From positions 8,380 through 72,379 of IMG/VR virus record IMGVR_UViG_3300031519_004326: DNA of 64,000 nt; one strand, 5' to 3'. The notes beneath the pieces were generated by a model. The model was not told the DNA's origin and searched no databases. It was given only the letters and a program-made list of their open reading frames with translations. Each line of letters opens with the position of its first letter. Position 1 is the first letter of the stretch. A program made the position numbers and the translations under genes. The stretch comes from a virus. Its lineage: Duplodnaviria; Caudoviricetes. Positions 28,639 through 37,986 of the stretch are shown in pieces.

Positions 28639-29061
28639 ATGGAAACTAGTGGCGGTAGTAACGGTCTTACGACACGAATTAAAGGTAGTGTAAGACCAAT
28701 TCGTAATCGTGTAATTGTAAATAATATGGAGTTCGGTGCTCAAACTACATCGGGCGGAATTATTCTTGCAAGCGACGACGGTAAAGATCAAGGAATTAAA
28801 CCTCGTTGGGGTTGTGTAGTTTCAAAAGGCGACGAAAATGCAGATCCATACAATATCGGAGATTGGATATTAGTTCAACACGGTAGATGGACTCGCGGAT
28901 TTGAAGTTGAAATGGAAGACGGTACTGTTGAAATGATGAGAACTGTAGAATCCGAAAGTGTATTAGGATGGCAAAGTGAAATGCCTGCAAATACATTGTT
29001 TGGAGATAAATCAGGTGTAGGAAAAAGCACAGTACGGCCAGAAGATTTTGGCGCAAACTAA
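28639..29061 (+). CDS. groES: co-chaperonin GroES-like
   Basis: RPIRNRVIV, TSGGIIL mobile loop, GxVVSKG, GDWILV. Confidence 0.85.
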   Translation: METSGGSNGLTTRIKGSVRPIRNRVIVNNMEFGAQTTSGGIILASDDGKDQGIKPRWGCVVSKGDENADPYNIGDWILVQHGRWTRGFEVEMEDGTVEMMRTVESESVLGWQSEMPANTLFGDKSGVGKSTVRPEDFGAN

Positions 29062-29070
29062 GAGGTAACA

Positions 29071-29430
29071 ATGACTAACACATTTAAAGATATTGACACA
29101 TTTGCAACAGCGTGTGATCAACCAGCAAGCCCTGAAAACTACAAAATGTATCTTGGTCTAGTTGACGAAGAATACGGCGAACTTGTAGAAGCAGTTATTG
29201 CAGACGACAAAGTCGAACAACTTGATGCACTAGTTGACATCCTTGTTGTTACTATGGGTGCTATTCGTGCCGCAGGGTGGGACGGAGAAGCAGCCTGGAA
29301 AGAAGTAATGGACACTAATTTTGCAAAGATTGATGCAACAACAGGCAAAGTACGTAAACGCGAAGATGGAAAAGTACTAAAGCCAGAAGGCTGGAAGGCT
29401 CCTGAACTATCGCAATTCATCGACAAGTAA
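29071..29430 (+). CDS. MazG/PRA-PH-like all-alpha NTP pyrophosphohydrolase
   Basis: LVDEEYGEL, QLDALVDILVV, EVMDTNFAK, REDGKVLKPEGW. Confidence 0.85.
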   Translation: MTNTFKDIDTFATACDQPASPENYKMYLGLVDEEYGELVEAVIADDKVEQLDALVDILVVTMGAIRAAGWDGEAAWKEVMDTNFAKIDATTGKVRKREDGKVLKPEGWKAPELSQFIDK

Positions 29431-29447
29431 ATGATTTAAAAAACTAC

Positions 29448-29476
29448 TTGACTCCTTAGTTACTTTATGCTATAAT
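29448..29476 (+). promoter_or_regulatory. sigma70-type promoter with extended -10
   Basis: TTGACT (29448-29453), 17 nt, TATAAT (29471-29476) preceded by TG. Confidence 0.85.
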
Positions 29477-29504
29477 ATACATATAATAACTAAGGAGTTT
29501 TCTT

Positions 29505-29675
29505 ATGATGTTTCCAACACCACAAAGCAGTGGCTTAGGCACAACTGGTGCAACAGGTATTGCACTTATGATTTTACACACAACAGGATTTCTTGTAGGT
29601 TGGGCTTGGCCACTACTTTATGTTTTTCTTATTATTTCTGGCATTGGTCAAGAAAATAGAAAAGGCAAAAAATAA
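29505..29675 (+). CDS. unannotated 56-aa membrane protein
   Basis: TAAGGAG RBS; MMFPTPQSSGLGTTGATGIALMILHTTGFLVGWAWPLLYVFLIISGIGQENRKGKK; TAATG coupling to next gene. Confidence 0.75.
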   Translation: MMFPTPQSSGLGTTGATGIALMILHTTGFLVGWAWPLLYVFLIISGIGQENRKGKK

Positions 29676-30211
29676 TGGCAACACACGGCACTATTGACCT
29701 AGAGACTATTGACACTAGCCCGAGCGCAACTGTACTATCACTAGGAGCAGTTAAGTTTAATCCGCTAGATGACAGCGAACCGCACTCAGAGCTTTACTTA
29801 AAAATTAATATTGACGAACAAGATGCACTTGGCCGTACTGCAAGTGACAGCACTATTGAATGGTGGGGTAAACAAGATCCTGCTATTATGGAAGAAGCAT
29901 TTGACCAAACCGGAGCAGTAAGTGTTCAAGAAGCACTACGTCAAATTAGCAAGTGGGTCGTTGGTGTTGATACATTATGGGGTCAAGGTTACGGCTTTGA
30001 CTACACAATATTAGAAGATATGTTCCGCAAAGCAGGAATGAATATTCCTTGGAACTTTTGGATCATTAGAGATTCACGCACACTATTTGGATGTTGTCAA
30101 AAAGATCCACGTAAAGCAATGCAAAACAATTTACATAATGCATTAGCAGATGCATACTTTCAATCAAAAGCAATTCAAATTGCATACAGCGAACTAGGAC
30201 TAAAAAGATGA
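29675..30211 (+). CDS. DEDDh 3'-5' exonuclease (T4 DexA/Rv2179c-like)
   Basis: IDLET, WGQGYGFD, RDSRT, HNALADA. Confidence 0.88.
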   Translation: MATHGTIDLETIDTSPSATVLSLGAVKFNPLDDSEPHSELYLKINIDEQDALGRTASDSTIEWWGKQDPAIMEEAFDQTGAVSVQEALRQISKWVVGVDTLWGQGYGFDYTILEDMFRKAGMNIPWNFWIIRDSRTLFGCCQKDPRKAMQNNLHNALADAYFQSKAIQIAYSELGLKR

Positions 30212-30399
30212 ACCCGGAACCAAAACCACAAAACGCAAGCGACAAAGCGATACAAGAATTTTTAGACAATGGCGGAAAAATACAACACATAGAACCAGGT
30301 GTTACTAGCGGTATTGAATATAAGTCTAGCTTCTACGGCAAGAGAAATAAAAAAGCAGAACAAGCCAACGAAACATCCGTCGACAAAGAAAAAAAGTAA
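30208..30399 (+). CDS. small hypothetical protein (EFLxxGGxI type)
   Basis: IQEFLDNGGKIQ; similar to 406-594. Confidence 0.65.
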   Translation: MNPEPKPQNASDKAIQEFLDNGGKIQHIEPGVTSGIEYKSSFYGKRNKKAEQANETSVDKEKK

Positions 30400-30417
30400 A
30401 AAGATTAGGATTTAGTA

Positions 30418-30579
30418 ATGAAGGACTCAAAACAGAAATTGCAAGATGTAATAGATAAGACTATACATCAAAAACAACAGTTACAGTTTCAAGAGAAAAC
30501 AGTTAAAGATCAAGCAAAGTCTATCGAAGAGCAACGCAAGCTAATAGATAAATTGAATCAGGAGAAACCAGATGGCTAG
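30418..30579 (+). CDS. unannotated 53-aa coiled-coil protein
   Basis: AGGA RBS; MKDSKQKLQDVIDK...LNQEKPDG; overlaps aldolase start. Confidence 0.6.
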   Translation: MKDSKQKLQDVIDKTIHQKQQLQFQEKTVKDQAKSIEEQRKLIDKLNQEKPDG

Positions 30580-31393
30580 ATTTATTGCAGCAATGGATCA
30601 CAGTGGTGGTTCAACCGGAGGCGTACTAGAACGCTACGGACAACCCTACACAGAAGCAGACAAGATGATAAAAGTACACGCAATGCGTATGCGTATGGTT
30701 AACTCACCTGACTTCAACGACAAAAACATCTGGGGAGCAATCCTCTACAGTGACACAGTTACACGTGGAATGGTTGACATCTTGGACGATATGGGTATTG
30801 AAACATTTCTAAAGATTGACAGTGGCTGTGAAGAAAACGGTATGCTCAAACAGTTTCCAATAAAGCAAATGTTAGAGTTTGCTACAAGACGTACTCCGGA
30901 AGACGGATCTATCGGTGCTCAAATTTATGGCACAAAAATGCGTAGTATTGTTAAGAGGAAAGATATGGTTAGGTCAGTTCTTACACAACAGTTTCAACTA
31001 GCAGAAACTATTTGTAGTTACGGACTTGTGCCTATTATTGAACCAGAGGTTCCTATTGATCATCCTGAGAAGGCAGAGATCGAACGCGAGCTACACGAAC
31101 TATTAGAGAAGTTTTTAAATGAGAAAAAATTTAAAGTTATTCTTAAACTAACACCACCTGAAATTCCTAACTTGTATTATAACTTAACAGTACATCGTAA
31201 TGTACGCAAGGTTGTTTTCCTAAGCGGCGGATACAGTACAGGAGTAGCGTGTAATAAACTTAGCCTTAATGAAAATGTAACTGCAAGTTTCAGTAGAGCA
31301 TTATCACAAGATTTACTTTACGACTTGACAGACGACGAGTTTAATGCTACAATAAGAAATAATATTAACCTAATAACAGAGGCAAGTGAATGA
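30572..31393 (+). CDS. fda: class I fructose-bisphosphate aldolase
   Basis: FIAAMDHSGGST, FLKIDSG, GTKMRS, PIIEPEV, ILKL, LSGGYS, ASFSRAL. Confidence 0.9.
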   Translation: MARFIAAMDHSGGSTGGVLERYGQPYTEADKMIKVHAMRMRMVNSPDFNDKNIWGAILYSDTVTRGMVDILDDMGIETFLKIDSGCEENGMLKQFPIKQMLEFATRRTPEDGSIGAQIYGTKMRSIVKRKDMVRSVLTQQFQLAETICSYGLVPIIEPEVPIDHPEKAEIERELHELLEKFLNEKKFKVILKLTPPEIPNLYYNLTVHRNVRKVVFLSGGYSTGVACNKLSLNENVTASFSRALSQDLLYDLTDDEFNATIRNNINLITEASE

Positions 31394-32304
31394 AAGATTT
31401 ATGGGTAGAAAAGTATCGTCCTAAAACAGTGGACGGCTATGTGTTTCGTGATGATGCACAGCGTAATCAGGTAAATACCTGGATTAAAGACAAAACTATT
31501 CCGCATTTGCTGTTTAGTGGTAATGCAGGTATTGGTAAAACAACACTTGCAAAATTATTGTTTAATGAATTAGAAGTAAATGATTTAGACATTTTAGAAA
31601 TTAACGCATCGCGAACAAACTCAGTAGATGACGTTCGTGATAAAATTGTAAACTTTGTACAGATGATCCCATTCGGGGACTTTAAGGTTGTATTACTAGA
31701 TGAGGCAGACTACTTATCTCCCAACGCTCAAGCGGCACTTCGTGGTGTTATGGAAGAGTATCATACTACTTCTCGTTTCATTCTTACTTGTAACTACCCA
31801 AATCGTGTTATTCCCGCTTTGCATAGTAGGTGTCAAGGTTTCCACATTGCTAAAATTGACCAAACTGAGTTCACAGCTCGAGTTGCTGAAATACTTATTA
31901 CTGAAGGTGTTACTCCTGATTTGGATACGCTCGATACCTACGTAAAAGCAACATACCCAGACTTGCGTAAGTGTATTAACACAGTACAAATGAACAGTGT
32001 AGACGGTGTACTTACTAAGCCAAATGAAGGTGATACAGGCACAAGCGACTGGAAACTTGAAATGGTCGAACTGTTTAAAGCAGGTAAGATACAGGCAGCA
32101 CGTAAATTATTATGTGGAGCAATTCGTCCAGAAGAAATGGAAGAAGTATATCGTTGGCTTTATGATAATATCGAGCTGTTCGGAAGTGACGAGCAACAAG
32201 ATACAGCAGTAATAATTATTAAACAAGGACTAGTAGATCATACACTAGTTGTTGATCCAGAAATTAATTTGGCAGCAACGTTAATTAAACTAGCAAGAAT
32301 ATGA
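31390..32304 (+). CDS. clamp loader AAA+ subunit (RFC/T4 gp44-like)
   Basis: LWVEKYRP, GNAGIGKTT, LDEAD, AQAALR, SRC, DLR. Confidence 0.93.
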   Translation: MKDLWVEKYRPKTVDGYVFRDDAQRNQVNTWIKDKTIPHLLFSGNAGIGKTTLAKLLFNELEVNDLDILEINASRTNSVDDVRDKIVNFVQMIPFGDFKVVLLDEADYLSPNAQAALRGVMEEYHTTSRFILTCNYPNRVIPALHSRCQGFHIAKIDQTEFTARVAEILITEGVTPDLDTLDTYVKATYPDLRKCINTVQMNSVDGVLTKPNEGDTGTSDWKLEMVELFKAGKIQAARKLLCGAIRPEEMEEVYRWLYDNIELFGSDEQQDTAVIIIKQGLVDHTLVVDPEINLAATLIKLARI

Positions 32305-32432
32305 AAATAAACAAACAACTTAAAAACTTAGGCTTAGTTGCCGGTAAGAAAAAAACAAAACAAATGATATATGTTGGCACGGCTAGTATTATTGTACTCG
32401 GATTATGTGTGTTATTTAATATACTATCATAA
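32301..32432 (+). CDS. unannotated 43-aa protein with C-terminal TM helix
   Basis: MKINKQLKNLG...IYVGTASIIVLGLCVLFNILS fills the gap exactly. Confidence 0.55.
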   Translation: MKINKQLKNLGLVAGKKKTKQMIYVGTASIIVLGLCVLFNILS

Positions 32433-32441
32433 GGAAACCTA

Positions 32442-32795
32442 ATGACATACTTAGTAACAGATAACTGCATTAAGTGTAAACATACCGACTGTGTTGCAGT
32501 TTGTCCTGTAGACTGTTTTTACGAAGCCGACGGCTTCCTTGCAATTAATCCAGACGAATGTATCGACTGCGGAGTCTGCGAGCCAGAATGCCCTGTAGGA
32601 GCAATTGTTGCAGACAATGCAATATCATTCGAAGAGCGAGAAAAATGGGACCAAATTAACAGGCAAGTTTCAGATTGGAATGTAAACATTGTTGATCAAA
32701 AAGATCCATTGCCAGATGCAGCAAATTGGGATGGGTATCCTAACAAATACGAAGAATTTGGTATAATACCAATTAAGGACATTACAAATGGGTAA
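32442..32795 (+). CDS. fdxA: 7Fe ferredoxin (FdxA type)
   Basis: [18 protein letters not shown] and [12 protein letters not shown]. Confidence 0.92.
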   Translation: MTYLVTDNCIKCKHTDCVAVCPVDCFYEADGFLAINPDECIDCGVCEPECPVGAIVADNAISFEEREKWDQINRQVSDWNVNIVDQKDPLPDAANWDGYPNKYEEFGIIPIKDITNG

Positions 32796-32982
32796 AGGCA
32801 GTAAAAGACGATTACAACAGATTGCAGATTCACAGATGGAAAGTAACTGGGATGTAATTTTTAATAAAGATAAAAAAACATACAAAGACGTACAACAGGA
32901 CCTTACCGAGTTAAACAGTGACGGTAATAGAACCCGCGGAAGGAACGGAGAAGATAATGATAAAAGCAATTCTAGCCTGTGA
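32788..32982 (+). CDS. hypothetical protein
   Basis: MGKGSKRR...NWDVIF; coupled ORF. Confidence 0.6.
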   Translation: MGKGSKRRLQQIADSQMESNWDVIFNKDKKTYKDVQQDLTELNSDGNRTRGRNGEDNDKSNSSL

Positions 32983-33451
32983 CGATTACGGTGGCGTAAG
33001 TAAAAACGGCACACTACCTTGGCCACACAATAGCGTAGACCTTAAATGGTTTAAAAGCAATACTGTTAATAGTATTGTTATAATGGGATCTACTACTTGG
33101 GAAGATCCTGGTATGCCGCGACCATTACCAAAACGTACTAACGTACTAGCAACTACTCGTCCAGACGCTTATAGCGGTGCTGATATGTATATTAGTGGCA
33201 ACTTAAACAACGAAATAACTCACATTGATTATATTAATGAAGGCGTTAATACTTGGATCATTGGTGGCCCTAAAATTATTGAACAAACACTAGGCGTTAT
33301 TGACGAGTTTTATATTAGCCGTATACCTGGTGCATATGCGTGTGATACGTTTTTACCTTTAAAGAAAATTGAATCATTATTTGAATGTACTTGGAAGGAA
33401 GATCACGGCGATGTAGAATTTCAAATTTGGAAGAAGAGATTAACTAAATGA
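32957..33451 (+). CDS. folA: dihydrofolate reductase
   Basis: GTLPWPH, DLKWFK, IMGSTTW, PLPKRTN, IIGG, CDTF; ATG after GGAG. Confidence 0.92.
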   Translation: MIKAILACDDYGGVSKNGTLPWPHNSVDLKWFKSNTVNSIVIMGSTTWEDPGMPRPLPKRTNVLATTRPDAYSGADMYISGNLNNEITHIDYINEGVNTWIIGGPKIIEQTLGVIDEFYISRIPGAYACDTFLPLKKIESLFECTWKEDHGDVEFQIWKKRLTK

Positions 33452-34314
33452 AAGAATACCTAACAGCACTTGAATATATTTTAGAAAATGGCAAAGACCG
33501 TGACGACCGTACTGGTGTAGGCACACGTGGTGTGTTTGGCTATCAAATGCGCTTCAACTTGCGTGATGAGTTCCCCGCAGTAACTACTAAGCGACTAGCG
33601 TGGAAAAGCGTTGTAAGCGAACTACTGTGGTTCTTAGAAGGTAGTACAGACGAACGTAGACTAGCTGAAATACACTACGGCGATGTGCGTGAAAACCTAA
33701 TAGGCAAGAGTACTATTTGGACTGCTAATGCAGATAAACAAGGAAAGGCTCTAGGGTATGTAAACGACGATATGGCAAAGAACTTAGGCCCAGTATACGG
33801 CAGTCAATGGCGTAGTTGGAATGCTCGGGGTCATCACGTGGATCAAATTATTGAAGTTATGAAAAGTATCTACAACGATCCTACTAGTCGTAGACACATT
33901 GTTAGTGCGTGGAATGCAGGTGAAATAGATAAGATGGCGTTGCCACCGTGTCATACTATGTTTCAATTTTATGTACAAGACGGAGAACTAAGTTGTCAAC
34001 TGTATCAACGAAGTGCTGATATGTTCTTAGGTGTACCATTTAATATTGCAAGTTATAGTTTGCTTACACATATTATGGCTAAGATGCTAGGACTTAAAGT
34101 AGGCGACTTTGTATGGACTGGCGGGGACTGTCATATCTACCAAAACCATTTTGATCAAGTTAAAGAACAAATTAATCGTGTACCAGTAAAGGGTCCTAAA
34201 CTATTAATGCCAGAGTTTGGTACATTGTTTGAGATTCTCGAAGCTGACCCTACAATGTTTGTATTAAAGGATTACAATCCAATGGACAGTATTAAGGCGC
34301 CAATGGCTGTATAA
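33448..34314 (+). CDS. thyA: thymidylate synthase
   Basis: DRTGVGT, ELLWF, GPVYG, SRR, LPPCH, YQRSAD, PFNIASY, HIY. Confidence 0.97.
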   Translation: MKEYLTALEYILENGKDRDDRTGVGTRGVFGYQMRFNLRDEFPAVTTKRLAWKSVVSELLWFLEGSTDERRLAEIHYGDVRENLIGKSTIWTANADKQGKALGYVNDDMAKNLGPVYGSQWRSWNARGHHVDQIIEVMKSIYNDPTSRRHIVSAWNAGEIDKMALPPCHTMFQFYVQDGELSCQLYQRSADMFLGVPFNIASYSLLTHIMAKMLGLKVGDFVWTGGDCHIYQNHFDQVKEQINRVPVKGPKLLMPEFGTLFEILEADPTMFVLKDYNPMDSIKAPMAV

Positions 34315-34317
34315 AAT

Positions 34318-34548
34318 ATGATGGGCCACGGCTACTACGGCAGCTCGCTTTCAGACCAACATTCGTATGAACGTAAGTTTGCCTGGCTGCCTGTAGTAAC
34401 TAATAGTAGAAAACGGGTGTGGCTAAAGTATTATTGCATTAGACACACCTACTACGATAATATGGGCAAGCCTCCTATAAAGGGTCTTTGTTGGGATTGT
34501 ATTTTTACCGAAAATGAATACTTAATGGAATTGTTAAAAAATGAATAA
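34318..34548 (+). CDS. hypothetical protein
   Basis: KFAWLPV...VWLKYY; coupled ORF. Confidence 0.65.
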   Translation: MMGHGYYGSSLSDQHSYERKFAWLPVVTNSRKRVWLKYYCIRHTYYDNMGKPPIKGLCWDCIFTENEYLMELLKNE

Positions 34549-34705
34549 ATTAATGGCGTTAACAATTATATGTATAATGACAACAGGATGTTCGGCAATT
34601 GCAGTCGTAGATGTTGCTGCTTCAACAGCAATATATGCAGGTAAAACAGTTGTAAACACTGTAGACTTAATAACTCCTGATATAATTAACTACGACGATG
34701 ACTAA
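34541..34705 (+). CDS. unannotated small lipoprotein
   Basis: MNKLMALTIICIMTTG-C signal peptide II/lipobox; fills the gap with overlaps at both ends. Confidence 0.65.
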   Translation: MNKLMALTIICIMTTGCSAIAVVDVAASTAIYAGKTVVNTVDLITPDIINYDDD

Positions 34706-34916
34706 GCATAAGCTAACTGATGCGCAAAAAGAAGAGGATCGCAGGACTAGGATTCAACATCCTCATATGATTAAATCTAAAGCACATTGGGATTGGGAAT
34801 CAGGATACGGTAATATGGAAGTGCCAGTAGTAATACCTGAGCCTGCTAGTCATACAAAAAAGATTGCGGTACTTGTTATCGCTATAATTGCACTAATAAT
34901 TTGGATAATTAAATGA
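34698..34916 (+). CDS. hypothetical protein with C-terminal TM helix
   Basis: KKIAVLVIAIIALIIWIIK. Confidence 0.65.
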   Translation: MTKHKLTDAQKEEDRRTRIQHPHMIKSKAHWDWESGYGNMEVPVVIPEPASHTKKIAVLVIAIIALIIWIIK

Positions 34917-35347
34917 AGAATAAGTTTATAAAAACATATATGGATGTTGCAGAAAGTTTTGCAAAACTAAGTTCAGCAGTACGATTACAAGTTGGCGCTA
35001 TTGTTGTTAAAGATGATCGTATTATTAGTATCGGTTATAATGGTATGCCTAGTGGATGGGATAACTGTTGTGAAGAAGTATTACGAGAAGACGAAGTAGG
35101 GTTTCAAGTAACGAAAACTAAACCTGAAGTACTACACGCTGAAGCAAATGCAATTACTAAACTTGCTCGCAGTAGTGAAAGCGGATTAGGTGCAACTATT
35201 TTTGTTACTCACTCACCGTGTATCGAATGTGCTAAGTTGATCTATCAAAGTGGTATAAGTACCGTATATTATAAAACTAGCTATCGAAACGACGACGGTA
35301 TTAACTTTTTAAAAAAATCAAAGGTAGAAGTTATTAAAAATGGATAA
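34913..35347 (+). CDS. dCMP deaminase
   Basis: VGAIVV, GYNGMPSG, HAEANAI, SPCIECAK. Confidence 0.93.
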   Translation: MKNKFIKTYMDVAESFAKLSSAVRLQVGAIVVKDDRIISIGYNGMPSGWDNCCEEVLREDEVGFQVTKTKPEVLHAEANAITKLARSSESGLGATIFVTHSPCIECAKLIYQSGISTVYYKTSYRNDDGINFLKKSKVEVIKNG

Positions 35348-35376
35348 CACCATAAACACAATAGAGAGAACTTGAT

Positions 35377-36564
35377 ATGAGAGATAGATTTCCATTTTTT
35401 AGTAGTAATACTGATATAACTTATTTAGATAGTGCAGCAACAAGTCAAACACTTGACACTGTAATTAACGATAGTGTAGATTTTTTATTAAATAGAAAAT
35501 CAAATAGACACACTAATCATAATATGGGTGTTTGGGTTAATGACAAGTATCATATTGCAAAAGAAAAAGTAGGACAGTGGTTAGACATTAAAGACCCTGC
35601 AAAGAGAATTGCGTTTAACAGCGGTGCATCACAAGGACTATATGATGCCGTACAGCTAGTAAAACAACGCTATACAGGGCATATAAGCGTGTACGTAGGC
35701 ATTGATGCCCACCATAGCCTGTTACTGCCTCTTAGAGACGCTAGTAATGATATTAAATATATCAATGTACGCAATAACGGTATACTAGATTTAGATGCTG
35801 TAGAAGACGCGATTAAGGAAGATTCTGCAACCTGTAAAGTAATAGCAATAAATGCTGTAGGCAATGTATTAGGAACTAAACAAGATTTAGATAGAGTTAG
35901 ATCATTATGTGAAAAGTATGATGCAATATCAATAATTGATGCTTGCCAAAGTATGGGTAAGATAAAACACAACTATGACGGATTTGACTTTGTTACGTGG
36001 AGTTGGCATAAAATATACGGGCCGACCGGCTTAGGTTGTTTAATGCTAGACGAAAAATGGCTATGGTATAATCCAGTTCATCCAGGCGGCAGCAGTGCAT
36101 CAAGTGTTACTCTTACAGATGTTACCTACCTTGACAATGCTGGAAGATTTGAAAGTGGTACACATAACTTTCAAGCAATATGCACATTGCCAAATTTACT
36201 AGATTGGTTAATAGAAAATCAAGAAGCAATAACAGCACACGACGAAATGCTTGCTGAATATGCAAATGAACTTTGCAATACTAAGGTAGTTCCTTCACAC
36301 ACTGGATTAATAAGTTTTGCATCACAATATAGCACCGCCAATGATATATCAACGATGTTAGGTACAGATAGTATATGTGTTAGAGGTGGCAACTTATGTG
36401 CCGAGCCACTAGTTGCCGGAATAACAAATAAAAATAATTTAGTTAGAGTTAGTTGGGGTGCCTATACTACTAAAGAAGAAATTAAATTTGTATTTGATAA
36501 ACTTAAAGAAATTGATAAAAGAACAGAAGATTGGGGCAACACTTTGCCACCCCAATCAACTTAG
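35377..36564 (+). CDS. sufS: group II (SufS/CsdA-like) PLP-dependent cysteine desulfurase
   Basis: YLDSAATSQ, DACQ, SWHKIYGPTG (PLP Lys), RFESGT, VRGGNLCA (catalytic Cys), RVSWGAY. Confidence 0.85.
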   Translation: MRDRFPFFSSNTDITYLDSAATSQTLDTVINDSVDFLLNRKSNRHTNHNMGVWVNDKYHIAKEKVGQWLDIKDPAKRIAFNSGASQGLYDAVQLVKQRYTGHISVYVGIDAHHSLLLPLRDASNDIKYINVRNNGILDLDAVEDAIKEDSATCKVIAINAVGNVLGTKQDLDRVRSLCEKYDAISIIDACQSMGKIKHNYDGFDFVTWSWHKIYGPTGLGCLMLDEKWLWYNPVHPGGSSASSVTLTDVTYLDNAGRFESGTHNFQAICTLPNLLDWLIENQEAITAHDEMLAEYANELCNTKVVPSHTGLISFASQYSTANDISTMLGTDSICVRGGNLCAEPLVAGITNKNNLVRVSWGAYTTKEEIKFVFDKLKEIDKRTEDWGNTLPPQST

Positions 36565-36565
36565 G

Positions 36566-37291
36566 TCATTCGTCGCCGTAAACTTGTAAAACTTCTTTTA
36601 CAGCATCGTGCCTTTCAATATCTCCTTGTTCAAATCGGACTACGTCCAGGTGCTTGTTAGTGCCGCGGTTTTCGAGGTGGCCTATAAAGTCAAGTAAACC
36701 ATTATCTTTCAATCGGTCTGCTTGAGCTAGGTCACCGGTCACGACCATTTCAGAGTTTTCGCCTAACCGCGTTAATAACATCTTCATTTGGTTAGGTGTT
36801 GCGTTTTGCATTTCATCTGCAATAATAATTGCATCTTTAAAAGTACGTCCTCGCATATATGCAAGTGGCGCAATTTCAATTATGCCTTCTTCAATCATCC
36901 CTGTAATTTGTCGTGCTTCGAAATAGTCTCGTAACACATCAAAAATTGGTCTGGTCCAAGGCGCCATTTTTTCTTCTAGCGTTCCTGGTAAAAACCCAAG
37001 ATCTTCGTCAACCGATACTGCTGGTCGTGTTACTATGATCTTGTCAACAGATCCTTCCTTGAATTTTTTTACAGCTGCCTGTACAGCAAGCATCGTTTTA
37101 CCTGTACCGGCTGGGCCGATAGCAAAAAGTATTGACTTTTCAGCGTCAAGTAATTTTAGGATATACGTTTCTTGATGTTTATTTCTTGGAAGTAATTGTA
37201 CTGTTTGTTTTTTTGAAAAAGTGTTGAATTCGATAACATTGCTGTTACCTTGAGTTGTTGCCCGTTTCTGAGCTTTTCTTTTTGCACCCAT
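36566..37291 (-). CDS. phoH: PhoH-family ATPase
   Basis: GPAGTGKT, TRPAV, LGFLPG, AYMRGRT, DEMQN, LTRLG, GDLAQAD. Confidence 0.96.
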   Translation of the reverse strand: MGAKRKAQKRATTQGNSNVIEFNTFSKKQTVQLLPRNKHQETYILKLLDAEKSILFAIGPAGTGKTMLAVQAAVKKFKEGSVDKIIVTRPAVSVDEDLGFLPGTLEEKMAPWTRPIFDVLRDYFEARQITGMIEEGIIEIAPLAYMRGRTFKDAIIIADEMQNATPNQMKMLLTRLGENSEMVVTGDLAQADRLKDNGLLDFIGHLENRGTNKHLDVVRFEQGDIERHDAVKEVLQVYGDE

Positions 37292-37320
37292 TAAGTCCTC
37301 CTATTGAGCTATGGATTTGA

Positions 37321-37350
37321 TAGGACTGTGCCAAGGTAGGCATCGTCCTA
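37321..37350 (-). promoter_or_regulatory. stem-loop in the phoH 5' leader
   Basis: TAGGAC-N2-TGCC-N6-GGCA-N2-GTCCTA between the late-like motif (37357-37363, minus) and the phoH RBS. Confidence 0.6.
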
Positions 37351-37443
37351 CAAAAGTATTTACCATTTGCTGCGCATCGTAAAAGTATAGTTTATGTTTT
37401 CGTTCCGGATAAATAAGTATGTAACCAAATAGGACTCTCACAT

Positions 37444-37986
37444 ATGCAAGACGTATTAGATATTATAAAAAATGTTGAATCAATTTACGATAGTAATACT
37501 TCATTCAATATATTAAAAGACTTTGAAAAAGTTCTAGACGAATTAGATTTGTACGTCTATAAAAATTGGGAAGACGGAGAATTGTGCGAAGGGCCTATTA
37601 TAGATAGACACTGGGTTGCTTGTTCGTTTATGTGGGATAGAGCTGATATGCCAGACCCAACGGGCGGAAAACGCTTGCTTGATTATGACTGCAAGGTATC
37701 CTATGCTAAAGACTCACTGATAGTTCCGAGAAAAATTACTAAGCCCGATGATATGCGTCCTGGTAGTAAAAAAGGTAAACTAGATCGTAAAGATATTTGG
37801 ATTGTAGAAATAAAGATGCCTAAAAAACTTATTGCTGATATTGGTGGGGCATCGGATTTAAATAGCTATGCTGAAGAACCGGCAAACGATGCTCAGAGTC
37901 AAGCACAAGCCGAAGCACAACCTGCAGATGTAGCAGTAGCTGATCCAGCAGTAGCTGATCCAGCAGTAGCACAGGAGACAATTTAA
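37444..37986 (+). CDS. hypothetical phage protein
   Basis: 180 aa; YKNWEDGEL, MPDPTGGKRL; late motif upstream. Confidence 0.8.
   Translation: MQDVLDIIKNVESIYDSNTSFNILKDFEKVLDELDLYVYKNWEDGELCEGPIIDRHWVACSFMWDRADMPDPTGGKRLLDYDCKVSYAKDSLIVPRKITKPDDMRPGSKKGKLDRKDIWIVEIKMPKKLIADIGGASDLNSYAEEPANDAQSQAQAEAQPADVAVADPAVADPAVAQETI
37933..37970 (+). repeat. 15-bp tandem repeat x2.5 (AVADP)
   Basis: gcagtagctgatcca gcagtagctgatcca gcagtagc. Confidence 0.9.

Noticed and set aside
33448-34314. ThyA as a possible dCMP/dUMP hydroxymethylase for pyrimidine modification
   Set aside because: It keeps the dUMP-specifying Asn (PFNIASY) and all canonical ThyA motifs, next to DHFR and dCMP deaminase, so it is an ordinary dTMP pathway.
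37933-37970. 15-bp tandem repeat as a phase-variation switch
   Set aside because: It is in frame (multiple of 3) and encodes a low-complexity C-terminal tail, so copy changes would not shift the frame.
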